Shown piece after piece: positions 1 through 9,743 of a stretch of 64,000 bases of DNA. The notes below the pieces were generated by a model. It worked only from the letters and a program-made list of their open reading frames with translations. It did not search any database and was not told the origin of the DNA. Both the position numbers and the translations under genes were made by a program. The DNA is from a virus (Duplodnaviria > Caudoviricetes). Numbering within the stretch: the stretch's first letter is position 1; every line of letters begins with the position of its first letter. The DNA lies in IMG/VR virus record IMGVR_UViG_3300034155_000052, positions 3,776 to 67,775 of that record. The stretch is one strand, 5' to 3'.

Positions 1-225
1 GCTGGAAATGTAATCGGGTATACTGATGGTAATATCCATTATATTTTCATGATTTCCAATATAAACGATCCAGAATTCAATGTAACTTTTGTGCATGAGG
101 TTTTCCATGCGCTATCAATGTATTATGGAATATACAACAATCATCCTGGAAATTATGCAAATAAATCTAAAATTGATGATGTATTAGCGGAAGAATTCAC
201 AAACTGGCTTGGGTTGGGTAAATAA
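1..225 (+). CDS. partial (5'-truncated) zincin-like metallopeptidase domain protein
   Basis: Frame 1 translated by hand: ...FVHEVFHALS...LAEEF..K-stop; HEXXH plus a downstream Glu. Confidence 0.55.
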   Translation, partial: AGNVIGYTDGNIHYIFMISNINDPEFNVTFVHEVFHALSMYYGIYNNHPGNYANKSKIDDVLAEEFTNWLGLGK

Positions 226-231
226 ATCTAA

Positions 232-246
232 TTCTTTGGTAAAAAC
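232..246 (-). promoter_or_regulatory. recurrent junction motif GTTTTTACCAAAGAA (reverse-oriented copy)
   Basis: TTCTTTGGTAAAAAC right after the stop at 225; same or near-identical at 9604, 14940, 21927, 40697, 44843; function unknown. Confidence 0.45.
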
Positions 247-278
247 ATATGTACAATTGCATTTCTTAGTATTTAATT

Positions 279-2171
279 ATGTTAAATAAGAAGGGAAACC
301 AAATTATCGAGGTTGAGGATGAAGACCTTATAGATTCTTCTGAAGATGAAGATTTATCAGAATCTATTTCTCAACAACCTCAAATTCCAGATTGGCAACA
401 ACAACCGTCTTGGATGCCTACTGAAGATATAGAATTTGATGATGAGGATGTTCCATTTGAAATTGAAGAACTTCCTCCTAAAAGAATAGATTATAAAAAC
501 CCAGATGAAGCATTATCTTATTTAGATTCTATTTCTTCTAAATATCCTATTATATTAGAATTAATATCTTTAATTCATGATACTTATGAACAAATGATAT
601 TAGATGAAGATGAAAAAACCAAGATTGATTTACTTGCTAATACTACATCTAAATTATTAGTTTTAGTTAATAATCCATCTACAATTCAGGAAACTGATAA
701 ACAAAATACAATAGAATGTGCTAGAACAATATTAAAAGTATTAGAAGAATATACAAAAGGACTATCAAAAGCTAGTAAGGATGCATTTGCAAAAGCCACT
801 ACTGGTAAATTACAAGTACAAAAACAAACTATTCCTGAATATAAAAGTAAATATTATGGTACTTCATTAATATTTATTAGAAATAGAGCTATTAAACTTA
901 TTAAAGATGAAGGAATAGATATAGAAGAAGGCAAGAAAAAAGCACAAGAAGAATGGGATTATATATCTAAAGTAATAGATGTAAAAGCACATGATAAAAC
1001 TGATGAGCAAAAAGAACAATTTAAAACAATGTTTGCTCAACAGGTATTAGGTGGAACTCCTTTATTAGATGCTGAGAAGTTTATTACTGATTATATTAAT
1101 ATTGGAACTAGTCATGAGAATATATTCCAAAATGTAGAAGCCGAACCTGATGAGTGGCAAGATCTTATTGGATATTTAACAGATAAAGAAATAATAATCT
1201 CTAGGTTGTCTGAGATTCCAGATGACCAAAGGGAAGACTTAGCTCAAAAGATTTTTACATTTGGAACTCTATCTTCTGAAATTGGAGAAATTACTAAAAA
1301 CTTAATTGAGGGAATAGTATTACAACCTCAAGATATTGAAAAGATTCAAGATTTATATGAAAAAATAATAGCTCTTGGACAACAGATATTAACAATAAAC
1401 CCAGAATATTTAAAATCAGATGAAATATTTGAATGGGTTTATATTGTTTTCCAAAATATGGAAGCTATAGTTGGAGCAATTGGAATTGATACTTTAACTT
1501 TTGCAGATACTTCTGGTGCTGCATTGGCTGCTTCCAATTTAAACATTCATACAAATACAAGAACAAAACGAGATAAAGCTTTGGGTGAAAAGCCTAGGGA
1601 GCGTGATCCTGAGGTAGAAGAAAAGGCTAGACAAGCTTATATTGAAAGAATTAAATCTCAAGATAATTATAAAAAATATTTAGATGCACAATTAGAGAGA
1701 AGAAATGCTAAGCGACCAGAGGAAGAAACTGAGCGCAGAAGAATAAAGACAAGATTTTGGTCACATACAAATAATTCTAAAGTCAAATGGAATGCATTAG
1801 CTCATAATTTAGAAGTTAGTTCTTCAGACATTCAAAATTTAAATAAAGTATTTGCACTTGATGTATTAGACTTATTTAAAAAGATTAAACAATCTTGGCT
1901 ATCTAAAATAGATTTAGATAAAATAGAGAGTGAATTATTACAACATCGTTTAGTAGGACATACAAAATTACTTGAAGGATTAAAAAAAGACAAGACAGCT
2001 AATTCCAGGGTGATAGCTGCGTTAAATGAACATATAAAAATAATTCCTAAGTTTTTTGAACAAGCAGCAGCACAGGTTGAGGGAATGGATATTCCTAAAC
2101 TTAAACACACAAACAAAATAGCATCTATATTAAATATAACTAATTTATATCTGGAAAATATATTCAACTAA
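279..2171 (+). CDS. hypothetical protein, acidic N-terminus, helical
   Basis: 630-aa ORF; no recognised motif. Confidence 0.8.
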   Translation: MLNKKGNQIIEVEDEDLIDSSEDEDLSESISQQPQIPDWQQQPSWMPTEDIEFDDEDVPFEIEELPPKRIDYKNPDEALSYLDSISSKYPIILELISLIHDTYEQMILDEDEKTKIDLLANTTSKLLVLVNNPSTIQETDKQNTIECARTILKVLEEYTKGLSKASKDAFAKATTGKLQVQKQTIPEYKSKYYGTSLIFIRNRAIKLIKDEGIDIEEGKKKAQEEWDYISKVIDVKAHDKTDEQKEQFKTMFAQQVLGGTPLLDAEKFITDYINIGTSHENIFQNVEAEPDEWQDLIGYLTDKEIIISRLSEIPDDQREDLAQKIFTFGTLSSEIGEITKNLIEGIVLQPQDIEKIQDLYEKIIALGQQILTINPEYLKSDEIFEWVYIVFQNMEAIVGAIGIDTLTFADTSGAALAASNLNIHTNTRTKRDKALGEKPRERDPEVEEKARQAYIERIKSQDNYKKYLDAQLERRNAKRPEEETERRRIKTRFWSHTNNSKVKWNALAHNLEVSSSDIQNLNKVFALDVLDLFKKIKQSWLSKIDLDKIESELLQHRLVGHTKLLEGLKKDKTANSRVIAALNEHIKIIPKFFEQAAAQVEGMDIPKLKHTNKIASILNITNLYLENIFN

Positions 2172-2292
2172 TAGATAATTGAAATAAGTCGAGAACCTGG
2201 AAAACCCATACCTAAAAGGTGCCGGCGGCAAAAAAGGGGGTTCAAATTCAGAAAATATTTTTTAAAGTATTTATAATATAATTATACTATAT

Positions 2293-2315
2293 GGGTTTGG
2301 CCTTTGGCCAAACCC
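2293..2315. other. perfect GC-rich hairpin in the leader of the HU-like gene
   Basis: GGGTTTGGCC-TTT-GGCCAAACCC, 10-bp perfect inverted repeat, downstream of TATAAT near 2272. Confidence 0.6.
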
Positions 2316-2345
2316 CCGCAGGTTTTTGAAAGAAATTAAAAAACA

Positions 2346-2687
2346 ATGGGTTTCACCGAAGAATTTCAAGGTTTACCAGATATTGATGAATATTTATCGA
2401 AAAATTCAGGAAAATATCCAATAGAAATTCCTGAATTACATCATTATGTAGAGTGTTTAATTTCTAAATTTGGAATTAATAGAGATATGGCTATAAAGAT
2501 AGTAACTTTATTCTTTCAAGAAATTAGAGATGCAATGATGAATGGAGAATCTATTCAATTATTTGGTTTAGGTAGATTTTATATTTCAACTCCATTAAAT
2601 AAAGCACGTGTTTATCTTAGAACAAAACAAATATTTCCTAAATTTTTATCATGTAGAGATTTTGTTTCTAAATTAAATAGAAAATAG
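2346..2687 (+). CDS. HU/IHF-like DNA-binding protein
   Basis: FFQEIRDAMMNGESIQLFGLGRF matches the HU/IHF core (I..AL..GE.V.L.GFG.F); beta-arm shortened. Confidence 0.7.
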   Translation: MGFTEEFQGLPDIDEYLSKNSGKYPIEIPELHHYVECLISKFGINRDMAIKIVTLFFQEIRDAMMNGESIQLFGLGRFYISTPLNKARVYLRTKQIFPKFLSCRDFVSKLNRK

Positions 2688-2712
2688 TGTTACCAAAGAA
2701 ATTTGATTATTT

Positions 2713-2961
2713 ATGTTTTCCGAAAATAATATAAAATCAGAATCATTAGCTGCAACAATTGTTGCTTATAGGTTTTTAGGTTTATGTAAAACAGAATCTA
2801 GAAATGCTATGATTGAATTAATGAGAAGAAAAAATTTAGGGGATCTTTTTGATTATGAACAATATATATCTGATAAGTTATTATCTTTATCTAAATTAAA
2901 TAACAATTCATCAGATATAAATAATTTATTATCATTATTAATACAGTTTGGAAATAAATAA
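2713..2961 (+). CDS. hypothetical protein
   Basis: 82-aa ORF in the gene-dense + strand run. Confidence 0.65.
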   Translation: MFSENNIKSESLAATIVAYRFLGLCKTESRNAMIELMRRKNLGDLFDYEQYISDKLLSLSKLNNNSSDINNLLSLLIQFGNK

Positions 2962-2962
2962 A

Positions 2963-3502
2963 ATGCAATTACACATAGAATTAATAACAAAAATATTAAA
3001 AGATTTAGGAGCAACACCATTTTCAATGGAAAAGGAAGGGGCAACACATCCAGATCTTTTGGTAAAAGATTCTTTAAAACTAATAACAGAAAACAATGTT
3101 GAAAAACAGATACCAATGTGGTATGGTGAAGCCATTGGTTCTGAAAATATAATGTGTGTTTTATTAAGTAATCTTAATTATCCAGATCATATCCAATTAG
3201 AAGTAGCTGCAATTATTGCTTTTAAAAATCTTGAATCTAAATTAATAAATAATTCAATTCAGATCGGAATTCAATTTGATTGGACATCTACTAATGATCC
3301 TGGTTTATTATCCATTAAAACATTAGATAATTTATCAAATTATAAATGGATTCCAATGAGTTTGGCGCAAAAATTGCGTTTAGCTTTAGGATTTGAAGAA
3401 TTTGTACAAGAGGGTATAATATTAAACCCTGGAAAATTACCATTAGAGATGAAAAAGTCATTTGCAGAGTTGATAGATCTTGATTTTTCAATCGGACAGT
3501 AG
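2963..3502 (+). CDS. hypothetical protein
   Basis: ORF track 2948..3502; ATG at 2963 avoids overlap with the upstream gene. Confidence 0.7.
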   Translation: MQLHIELITKILKDLGATPFSMEKEGATHPDLLVKDSLKLITENNVEKQIPMWYGEAIGSENIMCVLLSNLNYPDHIQLEVAAIIAFKNLESKLINNSIQIGIQFDWTSTNDPGLLSIKTLDNLSNYKWIPMSLAQKLRLALGFEEFVQEGIILNPGKLPLEMKKSFAELIDLDFSIGQ

Positions 3503-3535
3503 TAGACTGCTGGTCATCGGTGAGGAAACTTAAAT

Positions 3536-3967
3536 ATGTCAGATGGAGAATTTATTGTAAAATTTATTGCCACATCTTCTAAAGATGGTAAAACAGCATT
3601 AGATGCTGCAAAGGAAGAAATTAAACAAATAGATTTAAAATTACAAGAGGCAGAAAATCTTAAACTACGAAGAATGAAGCTAGTATCTGTTTTAAATCAT
3701 TTAGGAGATGATTCTTATAAAAGAAGAAGGAATGCCATACCTCAAACTGATGTAGAGCTTAAAAATTATTCAAAAAACCAAGATGATATTTGTGATGAAA
3801 TAAAGAAAGTTCTAACAAATAAAGGTCCTTTATTTATAAGGGAATTAATGTCATCATTTGAAAATGCTTATGATAAAGATGTTCAAATAATTACAGCAAT
3901 TAAACAATTGGGTGAGAGAGATATTATCTCACGAGATGATTCTGGAAGAATTCAGTTAATTAAATAA
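3536..3967 (+). CDS. hypothetical protein, coiled coil plus possible C-terminal winged helix
   Basis: 143-aa ORF with GAGGA RBS; C-terminal pattern (IKKVLTNKGPLFIRELM...AIKQLGERDIISRDDSGRIQL) resembles wHTH. Confidence 0.65.
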   Translation: MSDGEFIVKFIATSSKDGKTALDAAKEEIKQIDLKLQEAENLKLRRMKLVSVLNHLGDDSYKRRRNAIPQTDVELKNYSKNQDDICDEIKKVLTNKGPLFIRELMSSFENAYDKDVQIITAIKQLGERDIISRDDSGRIQLIK

Positions 3968-3981
3968 AGGAAAATAAGAAA

Positions 3982-4896
3982 ATGAAAACTATTAATGTTA
4001 ATGATTATAATTGGTTACGAAATGATTATGTTTGTAATGGAATTGTCGTAAATGGCATTACTTATCCATCAGTTGAATTTGCTTTTCAGGCAGCTAAAAC
4101 CAATGATCCTTTGATTAAACAACAAATTGCCAAGGCTTTTTCGGTAAAAGAAGCTAAGAGGATTGGTAGAAGCGTATCATTGAATCCTAATTGGGATGAT
4201 ATTCGTGGAATGGTAATGGAGGGATTGCTTCGAAAGAAATTTACCTATAATGATGATTTGGCCAATCATCTAATTAATACTGATGATGCAACAATTATTT
4301 GTGCGGGATATGATGAATATTGGGGTACTGGGAAAAATGGAGCTGGTGATAATATATTGGGTCAGATTTTAGAATTAATTCGCGATGAACTAAGGCTTGA
4401 ACAAGGCATGGATGTTGTTGATTACAGTGATGATGATGAAGACGACGAGAAATATGATGATGAGGTTGATGACGATGATAAACGCAATGACTGTAATCAT
4501 TATTATGATTATAGAGAAGAAGAGGAGGAAGATCCAGAAGACGATGATGAGGAAGATGACAGTTGTTTAAACGATTGTTCTAATTGTAAGTACAATATTG
4601 ATATTTGTAGTTCACAAACAGAAGAACCACCATCATTATATGAAGCTTTGGTTTCGGTATCTGGAGAAAACGATCTTCGTGAAGATGAATTAGTTTTATT
4701 TGAGCTTTGCAATAAGTTATTACTTGGGATAGAAGGAATATTACCTGAAAAGAGCAGTTTAACTACAAAAGACGCTCGTGTTTTGGCGCAACAACTTGGT
4801 GTAACCCAAAATGATTATGAAAAATCTGTTCAAAATGTTCTAGATGTAATATTTGTTGTTAAGGATATTAGGGAATTATTAGCAACTAAAGAGTAA
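3982..4896 (+). CDS. NADAR (YbiA-like) domain protein with long acidic insert and helical C-terminus
   Basis: YPSVEFAFQAAK, AKRIGR, WDDIR..VM..LL..KF, L..T.D, YWG, G.N.LG.ILE.IR are the YbiA/NADAR motifs. Confidence 0.85.
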   Translation: MKTINVNDYNWLRNDYVCNGIVVNGITYPSVEFAFQAAKTNDPLIKQQIAKAFSVKEAKRIGRSVSLNPNWDDIRGMVMEGLLRKKFTYNDDLANHLINTDDATIICAGYDEYWGTGKNGAGDNILGQILELIRDELRLEQGMDVVDYSDDDEDDEKYDDEVDDDDKRNDCNHYYDYREEEEEDPEDDDEEDDSCLNDCSNCKYNIDICSSQTEEPPSLYEALVSVSGENDLREDELVLFELCNKLLLGIEGILPEKSSLTTKDARVLAQQLGVTQNDYEKSVQNVLDVIFVVKDIRELLATKE

Positions 4897-4933
4897 TTTT
4901 ATTATAAATTAGGCATATTATTTCCTGGTAGCG

Positions 4934-5314
4934 TTGTTACCAGGAAATTGCTATTTGGAGAGTAAAGTGTTTAGACTTAGTTATCGTAATAATGTTATAG
5001 CAAGTTCATGTTTAGCTAATAGAATACATAAACATATTAAAGGTTTAATTAAACCTAATGTAATTAAGGAAATGACAAAAACCATTATAAAATGTATGAT
5101 AGAAGATTTAATGATGGATCGAACAATTTCTGTTAAAAACTTTGGAACATTAGGAGTAATGACACGTAATAAGCATAATGGTGTAGATGTTGTGACCAAA
5201 CAACTTAGGGTTTTTCCCCCTAAGAGAATTTGTAAATTCTATCCTCAACAAAATTTTATAACGATAGTGAAAGAGCAAATAGAGAAGTTCAAAAAAGAGA
5301 TTGACATAACGTGA
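4934..5314 (+). CDS. HU/IHF-like DNA-binding protein (second copy; start uncertain)
   Basis: EDLMMDRTISVKNFGTLGV..R..HNGVDVVTKQLRVFPPKRICKFYP matches the HU/IHF core and arm. Confidence 0.75.
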   Translation: MLPGNCYLESKVFRLSYRNNVIASSCLANRIHKHIKGLIKPNVIKEMTKTIIKCMIEDLMMDRTISVKNFGTLGVMTRNKHNGVDVVTKQLRVFPPKRICKFYPQQNFITIVKEQIEKFKKEIDIT

Positions 5315-5329
5315 TAGTGGATGTATGAT
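5301..5329 (+). promoter_or_regulatory. sigma70-type promoter
   Basis: TTGACA-17 nt-TATGAT, upstream of the ORF at 5393. Confidence 0.65.
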
Positions 5330-5392
5330 GCTTCTTACAAACAGGGTGACAAACCCAAACAATCCGAAAACAAATAAGAAAGAATATATCAA

Positions 5393-5932
5393 ATGACAAA
5401 TCTAGTAAGTGACGCAATCAATAGTGTTGAATCTGATACCAAAGAAGTTAAGTCACGTGGTACGCGTCCTCATTTTTTCGCATGTATTGCATTAATTAAC
5501 GGAAAGATTGCTTATGAAATGGTTGAAGAATCTTCAAAGGATCGGGCAATTGCAGCCTTTACTGATACCCATGGAGTTGCTCCAAGTATTTGTGATGCTG
5601 GTGAATGTGGTTGTGGATATTTTGTTGTAAAGGGTTTAAATGGAACATCTGATCGTGTATCTATTTCAGTACGACCTGAGCAATTAGCACGTACTACATC
5701 TAAGGCTTTCAAGGGACAGTTTAGTGGGTGGAATGTATTTGCTTCTGGTCTTGCCGGTTTTAATGTTACCGATGGTGGTAAGACTATTGCTAAATATGAA
5801 GACAATGAACTAGTCTCTATTAGTTTTGATTCTCGCATTGATCCTACACTAAAGGTAAAGAAGCCAATTATGAAGAAGCAAGAGGTTCTTCGACTTGAGG
5901 ATCTTGAAAACGTTCAAGAGTTATCTGTATAA
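5393..5932 (+). CDS. hypothetical protein
   Basis: 179-aa ORF between a promoter and a terminator. Confidence 0.75.
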   Translation: MTNLVSDAINSVESDTKEVKSRGTRPHFFACIALINGKIAYEMVEESSKDRAIAAFTDTHGVAPSICDAGECGCGYFVVKGLNGTSDRVSISVRPEQLARTTSKAFKGQFSGWNVFASGLAGFNVTDGGKTIAKYEDNELVSISFDSRIDPTLKVKKPIMKKQEVLRLEDLENVQELSV

Positions 5933-5951
5933 TATCTATTTGAGGTATTAA

Positions 5952-5992
5952 AATAAAGCCAGAAGATCTAAAAAAGGTTTTCTGGCTTTATT
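5952..5992 (+). terminator. intrinsic terminator-like hairpin
   Basis: AATAAAGCCAGAA...TTCTGGCTTTATT inverted repeat after the stop at 5932. Confidence 0.65.
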
Positions 5993-6091
5993 CTATTTTA
6001 AATAAATACCAACAATTCTATGCATAGTTTTCAATTGGTGTTGAAACAAATTTATTTTCAACATAATTAAAAGGAAAAACACAAAGGATAA

Positions 6092-6144
6092 AAAGCAATT
6101 CCTCCCTGTTTATATAACGAACATGGTTTCTTTGCTATATATTT
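6092..6144 (+). mobile_element. orphan right end of an IsrB/IS200-IS605-type element
   Basis: AAAGCAATTCCTCCCTG is identical (17 nt) to 19081..19097; it is followed by ..TTGCT and then ATGA at the same spacing as in element 2. Confidence 0.6.
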
Positions 6145-6480
6145 ATGAAACAATCAGAATTACAAAACTTACGTATTAAGTATATTAATTTACAAGATCA
6201 ATTAATTTCAACAATTGAAAAATCAAATTATGAAATAGATATTGACGGAGATGAAATAGATGAGATTCAAGGAAAGAGCATTATAGCAATTCAAGATCAG
6301 TTATCTCAGAACAATTTAAAGAAGCTTAGAGCGATACAATTAGCAATACAACGTATTGATAATAATGATTATGGTGATTGTGAAGAATGTGGAGAAGCAA
6401 TTGGTATAAAACGATTAGAGGCTATTCCTGGTATTTCTATCTGTGTGTGTTGTGCCGAGTTAATTGAAAAATTACAGTGA
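6145..6480 (+). CDS. dksA: DksA/TraR family C4 zinc-finger protein
   Basis: Coiled coil with D-E-I-D tip; YGDCEECGEAIGIKRLEAIP...CVCC. Confidence 0.85.
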   Translation: MKQSELQNLRIKYINLQDQLISTIEKSNYEIDIDGDEIDEIQGKSIIAIQDQLSQNNLKKLRAIQLAIQRIDNNDYGDCEECGEAIGIKRLEAIPGISICVCCAELIEKLQ

Positions 6481-6534
6481 TGCTGTAATTTAAAAATATA
6501 AGCTAATAGGGAAGCATATCAACAAGGAGCTGAT

Positions 6535-7167
6535 ATGCAATTTTCTAAACAAAATTCTGAGTTTCTAATAGAGTTACCGATAGAACTTGATAAAAAAAAG
6601 ATAGATTATACATCAACCCTATTAAAGAACAGGGTTATTTTTTTAGATTCGGAAATTGATACGGAAGTTGCAAGTAAAATAATAACATTATTATATGTAT
6701 TAAATAAAGAAGATTCTACAAAAGAGATTGAGATATGGTTAATGAGTCCTGGTGGAAGTGTAGATGCTTTTTGTGCTATATATGACATAATGAACTCAAT
6801 AGAAGCACCAATAAAAACAGTATGTATTGGTGAGTGTTGTTCAGCAGCGGCGATTATATTAGCGTCAGGAACTCATGGACTACGTTGTTCTTATCCAAAC
6901 GCTAGAATAATGATTCATCAACTTCAGTGTGAAGGTTTAGGTGGATCAAATGCTGAAATTGAATTAAATACAAAAGAGCTAAAGCAAATAAACGATCATT
7001 TAACAGAAATATTATCAATTCATACTGGTCATGCTAAAGCTAAGGTAAAACGTGATACAAAAATGGATAAATTCATGAGTGCTAAAGAAGCTTTAGAATA
7101 TGGTCTTATTGATCAGATAATACAACCTGTTAAAAAACTTCCAGAAATTACTTCTAAAAAAGAATAA
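6535..7167 (+). CDS. clpP: ATP-dependent Clp protease proteolytic subunit
   Basis: LLKNRVIFL, SPGGSV, CCSAAAIIL (catalytic Ser), MIHQ (His), KMDKFMSA.EALEYGLID (Asp). Confidence 0.92.
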   Translation: MQFSKQNSEFLIELPIELDKKKIDYTSTLLKNRVIFLDSEIDTEVASKIITLLYVLNKEDSTKEIEIWLMSPGGSVDAFCAIYDIMNSIEAPIKTVCIGECCSAAAIILASGTHGLRCSYPNARIMIHQLQCEGLGGSNAEIELNTKELKQINDHLTEILSIHTGHAKAKVKRDTKMDKFMSAKEALEYGLIDQIIQPVKKLPEITSKKE

Positions 7168-7181
7168 ATATCCTAATAACT

Positions 7182-9227
7182 TTGTATTATGGTATGATTT
7201 CCAAGACTGCAAAATCATCAAGACAAAAACGCAAAGATCCAATACAAGAAGAAATTGTATCTAGAAAAGATTCTTTAAATGAAAGAACTACTAAATTAAT
7301 TGATTTTCTTAAAGAATTAAAGCGTGGTTGGAATGGGGGGCCAGCACCAACGATTGGTATTGGCCACAAAAGTAATTTAACAACACCATTACCTGAACAA
7401 GTTATTGGTGCTGGCCAAGCAGCTTCAAGTGCATTGACAGATATTTTAAATGGTTTAGGTGAAGTTAAAAATTTACAAGATCATTATGCAACAGAAAGAG
7501 AGCGCAGGTTAGCTGAAAGAACCCAAAAGGTTCAACAAGCAATGTCAGAGTTTATTATTCAGAAGACAGCTAGTAATCCATTATCAATAATGTGGTCACA
7601 TATTGTTGCACCATTTTCAACAGAACAAGGAAAATGGGAGAGATTAAGAATGTTACGATCATTAGATCGTATGGATGATAATCTTTTAGATATAAATGAA
7701 AAAATTCTTGGTAATGAAAAAGATATATTAGATGCTATTTATTTAACAAAACAAATGTATTTAGATTCCAAGTCTGGGTTTTTTGAAATATTCCAGCAAA
7801 ATTTAAATAATATGATGTTTGCAGCTGAATCAAAAGTAGCTGAATTAGAAAATGAATTAAAAGCACCAAAAGATAAAATACAGGCCAATCCAGTTATTGG
7901 AAATAAACCTATAACTATTGTTACACCAGAAATAACAGCTACTAAAAATGGACCAGTTACAGTTCCTGTAAATACTTCTATTCCAAGTACTGTTAAAGAA
8001 GTTGTTGAAACACAAGAGCCAGCAACATCAACATTATCTGAAACAATTCTTTCTTTAGAAAAAGAAATGAAGGATTTAAAACAATCATTACGTACAAATG
8101 TAACTATACCTATAATTTCTGCTCCTAAAAAGAAAACTACAAAAAAACCAACATTAGAGTTATTAGAACAAGAAGAAGATACATTGGGGCAACCTAATGA
8201 AAACGAAGACGAATTATTACAATCTACAGTAAAAGATGATCAAGAGCCATTTGAACAACCAAGTGAAGGCGAACAAATAATTGAAAACACTGATACTGTT
8301 AAAGAAGAAATTGTTCCAGAACCAATATTAGAACCAGAAATTTCTCCAGAAGAAATACGAAAACAAAAATTTCTTGATAATAGAAAATTTATATTAGAAT
8401 CAGTTGGTAATATATATAATGAGATTAAAACTCAAAAAGGAACTCATTATGAAGATCCTAATCCTTGGGGTGATAGAGTATATCATCAATGGTTAGCTAT
8501 AAATAAAACAATTCAAGAAATAAAATCTTCTAAATCACTTAGAGTATTAATAAATAATTATAGAATTTTTATTAAATCAGTTGGTGATTTAACAGCCACA
8601 TTGCTTTTTATTCAAAAAGAATTAGAAGAACAAAAAACAAATCCTGATTTTGTTTGGGGTTCTACATTAAATGAATCTAAATTAGAACAAGAAGCAATAA
8701 ACTTCTTACATGTTTATGATGAAAAACTAAAGCAAAAATTTGAAGAAACCCTTAAATCAGAAGCATCAAATAGGTTTAATCGTGGTTTTAAACGAATGAT
8801 GACTTATTTATCATCTGATAAGGCAAAGCATATTAAAATAAATATAGATAAAAATATTCAAAAGACTAGAGATGGTATTGAACAAATGATGGATAACCTT
8901 GAACAAAGGAATATTAATTTTAGATCATTAATAGATCAAAGTAGTTTATTTTATAATTCTATTATAGAGACATTTGATAAAATGGGTGATTTAGCAGATA
9001 TGTATAATTCTGCAAAAAGAATGGAAAAAGCAGATAAGAAAACAAAGAAGGAAACTTTTAGTTTTGATTTTATTCCAGTTACTGATATTTCTAATCTTAA
9101 ATTTATGAAAACTAAATTTCAAGAAGATAAAAACAAAATACAAAGATTACATTCTGCTGAGGTTCAGATTTCAAAATTCCAAAACATATTAAAAGAACTA
9201 CAAGAGAGGATTGATAATGTTATGTGA
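7182..9227 (+). CDS. hypothetical protein (possibly virion-associated) with Pro/Thr/Glu-rich linker
   Basis: 681-aa ORF; likely ATG start at 7194; no recognised motif. Confidence 0.75.
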   Translation: MYYGMISKTAKSSRQKRKDPIQEEIVSRKDSLNERTTKLIDFLKELKRGWNGGPAPTIGIGHKSNLTTPLPEQVIGAGQAASSALTDILNGLGEVKNLQDHYATERERRLAERTQKVQQAMSEFIIQKTASNPLSIMWSHIVAPFSTEQGKWERLRMLRSLDRMDDNLLDINEKILGNEKDILDAIYLTKQMYLDSKSGFFEIFQQNLNNMMFAAESKVAELENELKAPKDKIQANPVIGNKPITIVTPEITATKNGPVTVPVNTSIPSTVKEVVETQEPATSTLSETILSLEKEMKDLKQSLRTNVTIPIISAPKKKTTKKPTLELLEQEEDTLGQPNENEDELLQSTVKDDQEPFEQPSEGEQIIENTDTVKEEIVPEPILEPEISPEEIRKQKFLDNRKFILESVGNIYNEIKTQKGTHYEDPNPWGDRVYHQWLAINKTIQEIKSSKSLRVLINNYRIFIKSVGDLTATLLFIQKELEEQKTNPDFVWGSTLNESKLEQEAINFLHVYDEKLKQKFEETLKSEASNRFNRGFKRMMTYLSSDKAKHIKINIDKNIQKTRDGIEQMMDNLEQRNINFRSLIDQSSLFYNSIIETFDKMGDLADMYNSAKRMEKADKKTKKETFSFDFIPVTDISNLKFMKTKFQEDKNKIQRLHSAEVQISKFQNILKELQERIDNVM

Positions 9228-9597
9228 TACAATAAGTATTAAAGGACAATCATTTCCAGCTCTTGTGGCTATTACTGAAAATGAACAAAGACAAGGATTA
9301 ATGTGGAAACCTTATCCAACTCCGATAATGATATTTCCATATTCTACAGCGTCTATTCATAAATTTTGGATGCATAACACAATAGCACCACTTGATATTA
9401 TATTTTGTAGAGATAATAAGATTGTTTTAATAGCACAAGGGGAGCCATTATCAACAAAACTGGTAGGACCAAATGAACCCACTGATTGTGTGGTAGAGCT
9501 TCCTGGAGGATCTGCACAATTGATAGGTTTAAAACCAGGTGATTATATTGGTTATATGCCAAAAAAAGAAGTTTTGGCCGGCTGGATTGCCAAATAA
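9211..9597 (+). CDS. DUF192 family protein
   Basis: VA.T..EQRQGLM, MIFPY, FWMHNTIAPLDIIF, VVELPGGSA..IGLKPGD. Confidence 0.85.
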   Translation: MIMLCDTISIKGQSFPALVAITENEQRQGLMWKPYPTPIMIFPYSTASIHKFWMHNTIAPLDIIFCRDNKIVLIAQGEPLSTKLVGPNEPTDCVVELPGGSAQLIGLKPGDYIGYMPKKEVLAGWIAK

Positions 9598-9743
9598 AAA
9601 AGATTCTTTGGTAAAAACACATTAAACAGATTGCAAAAGATTTAGAACATGTAGTAGAATACATGTTCTAAATCTTTTGAAGGTCGAGGCTTAAGTCTAT
9701 CTTCAATCTATAGCTACAGGAAAACAATAGGAAGAAGGTTGTT

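Noticed and set aside
2200-2255. tRNA suggested by GGTTCAAATTC at 2239..2249
   Set aside because: No T-stem pairing, acceptor stem or D-arm can be built
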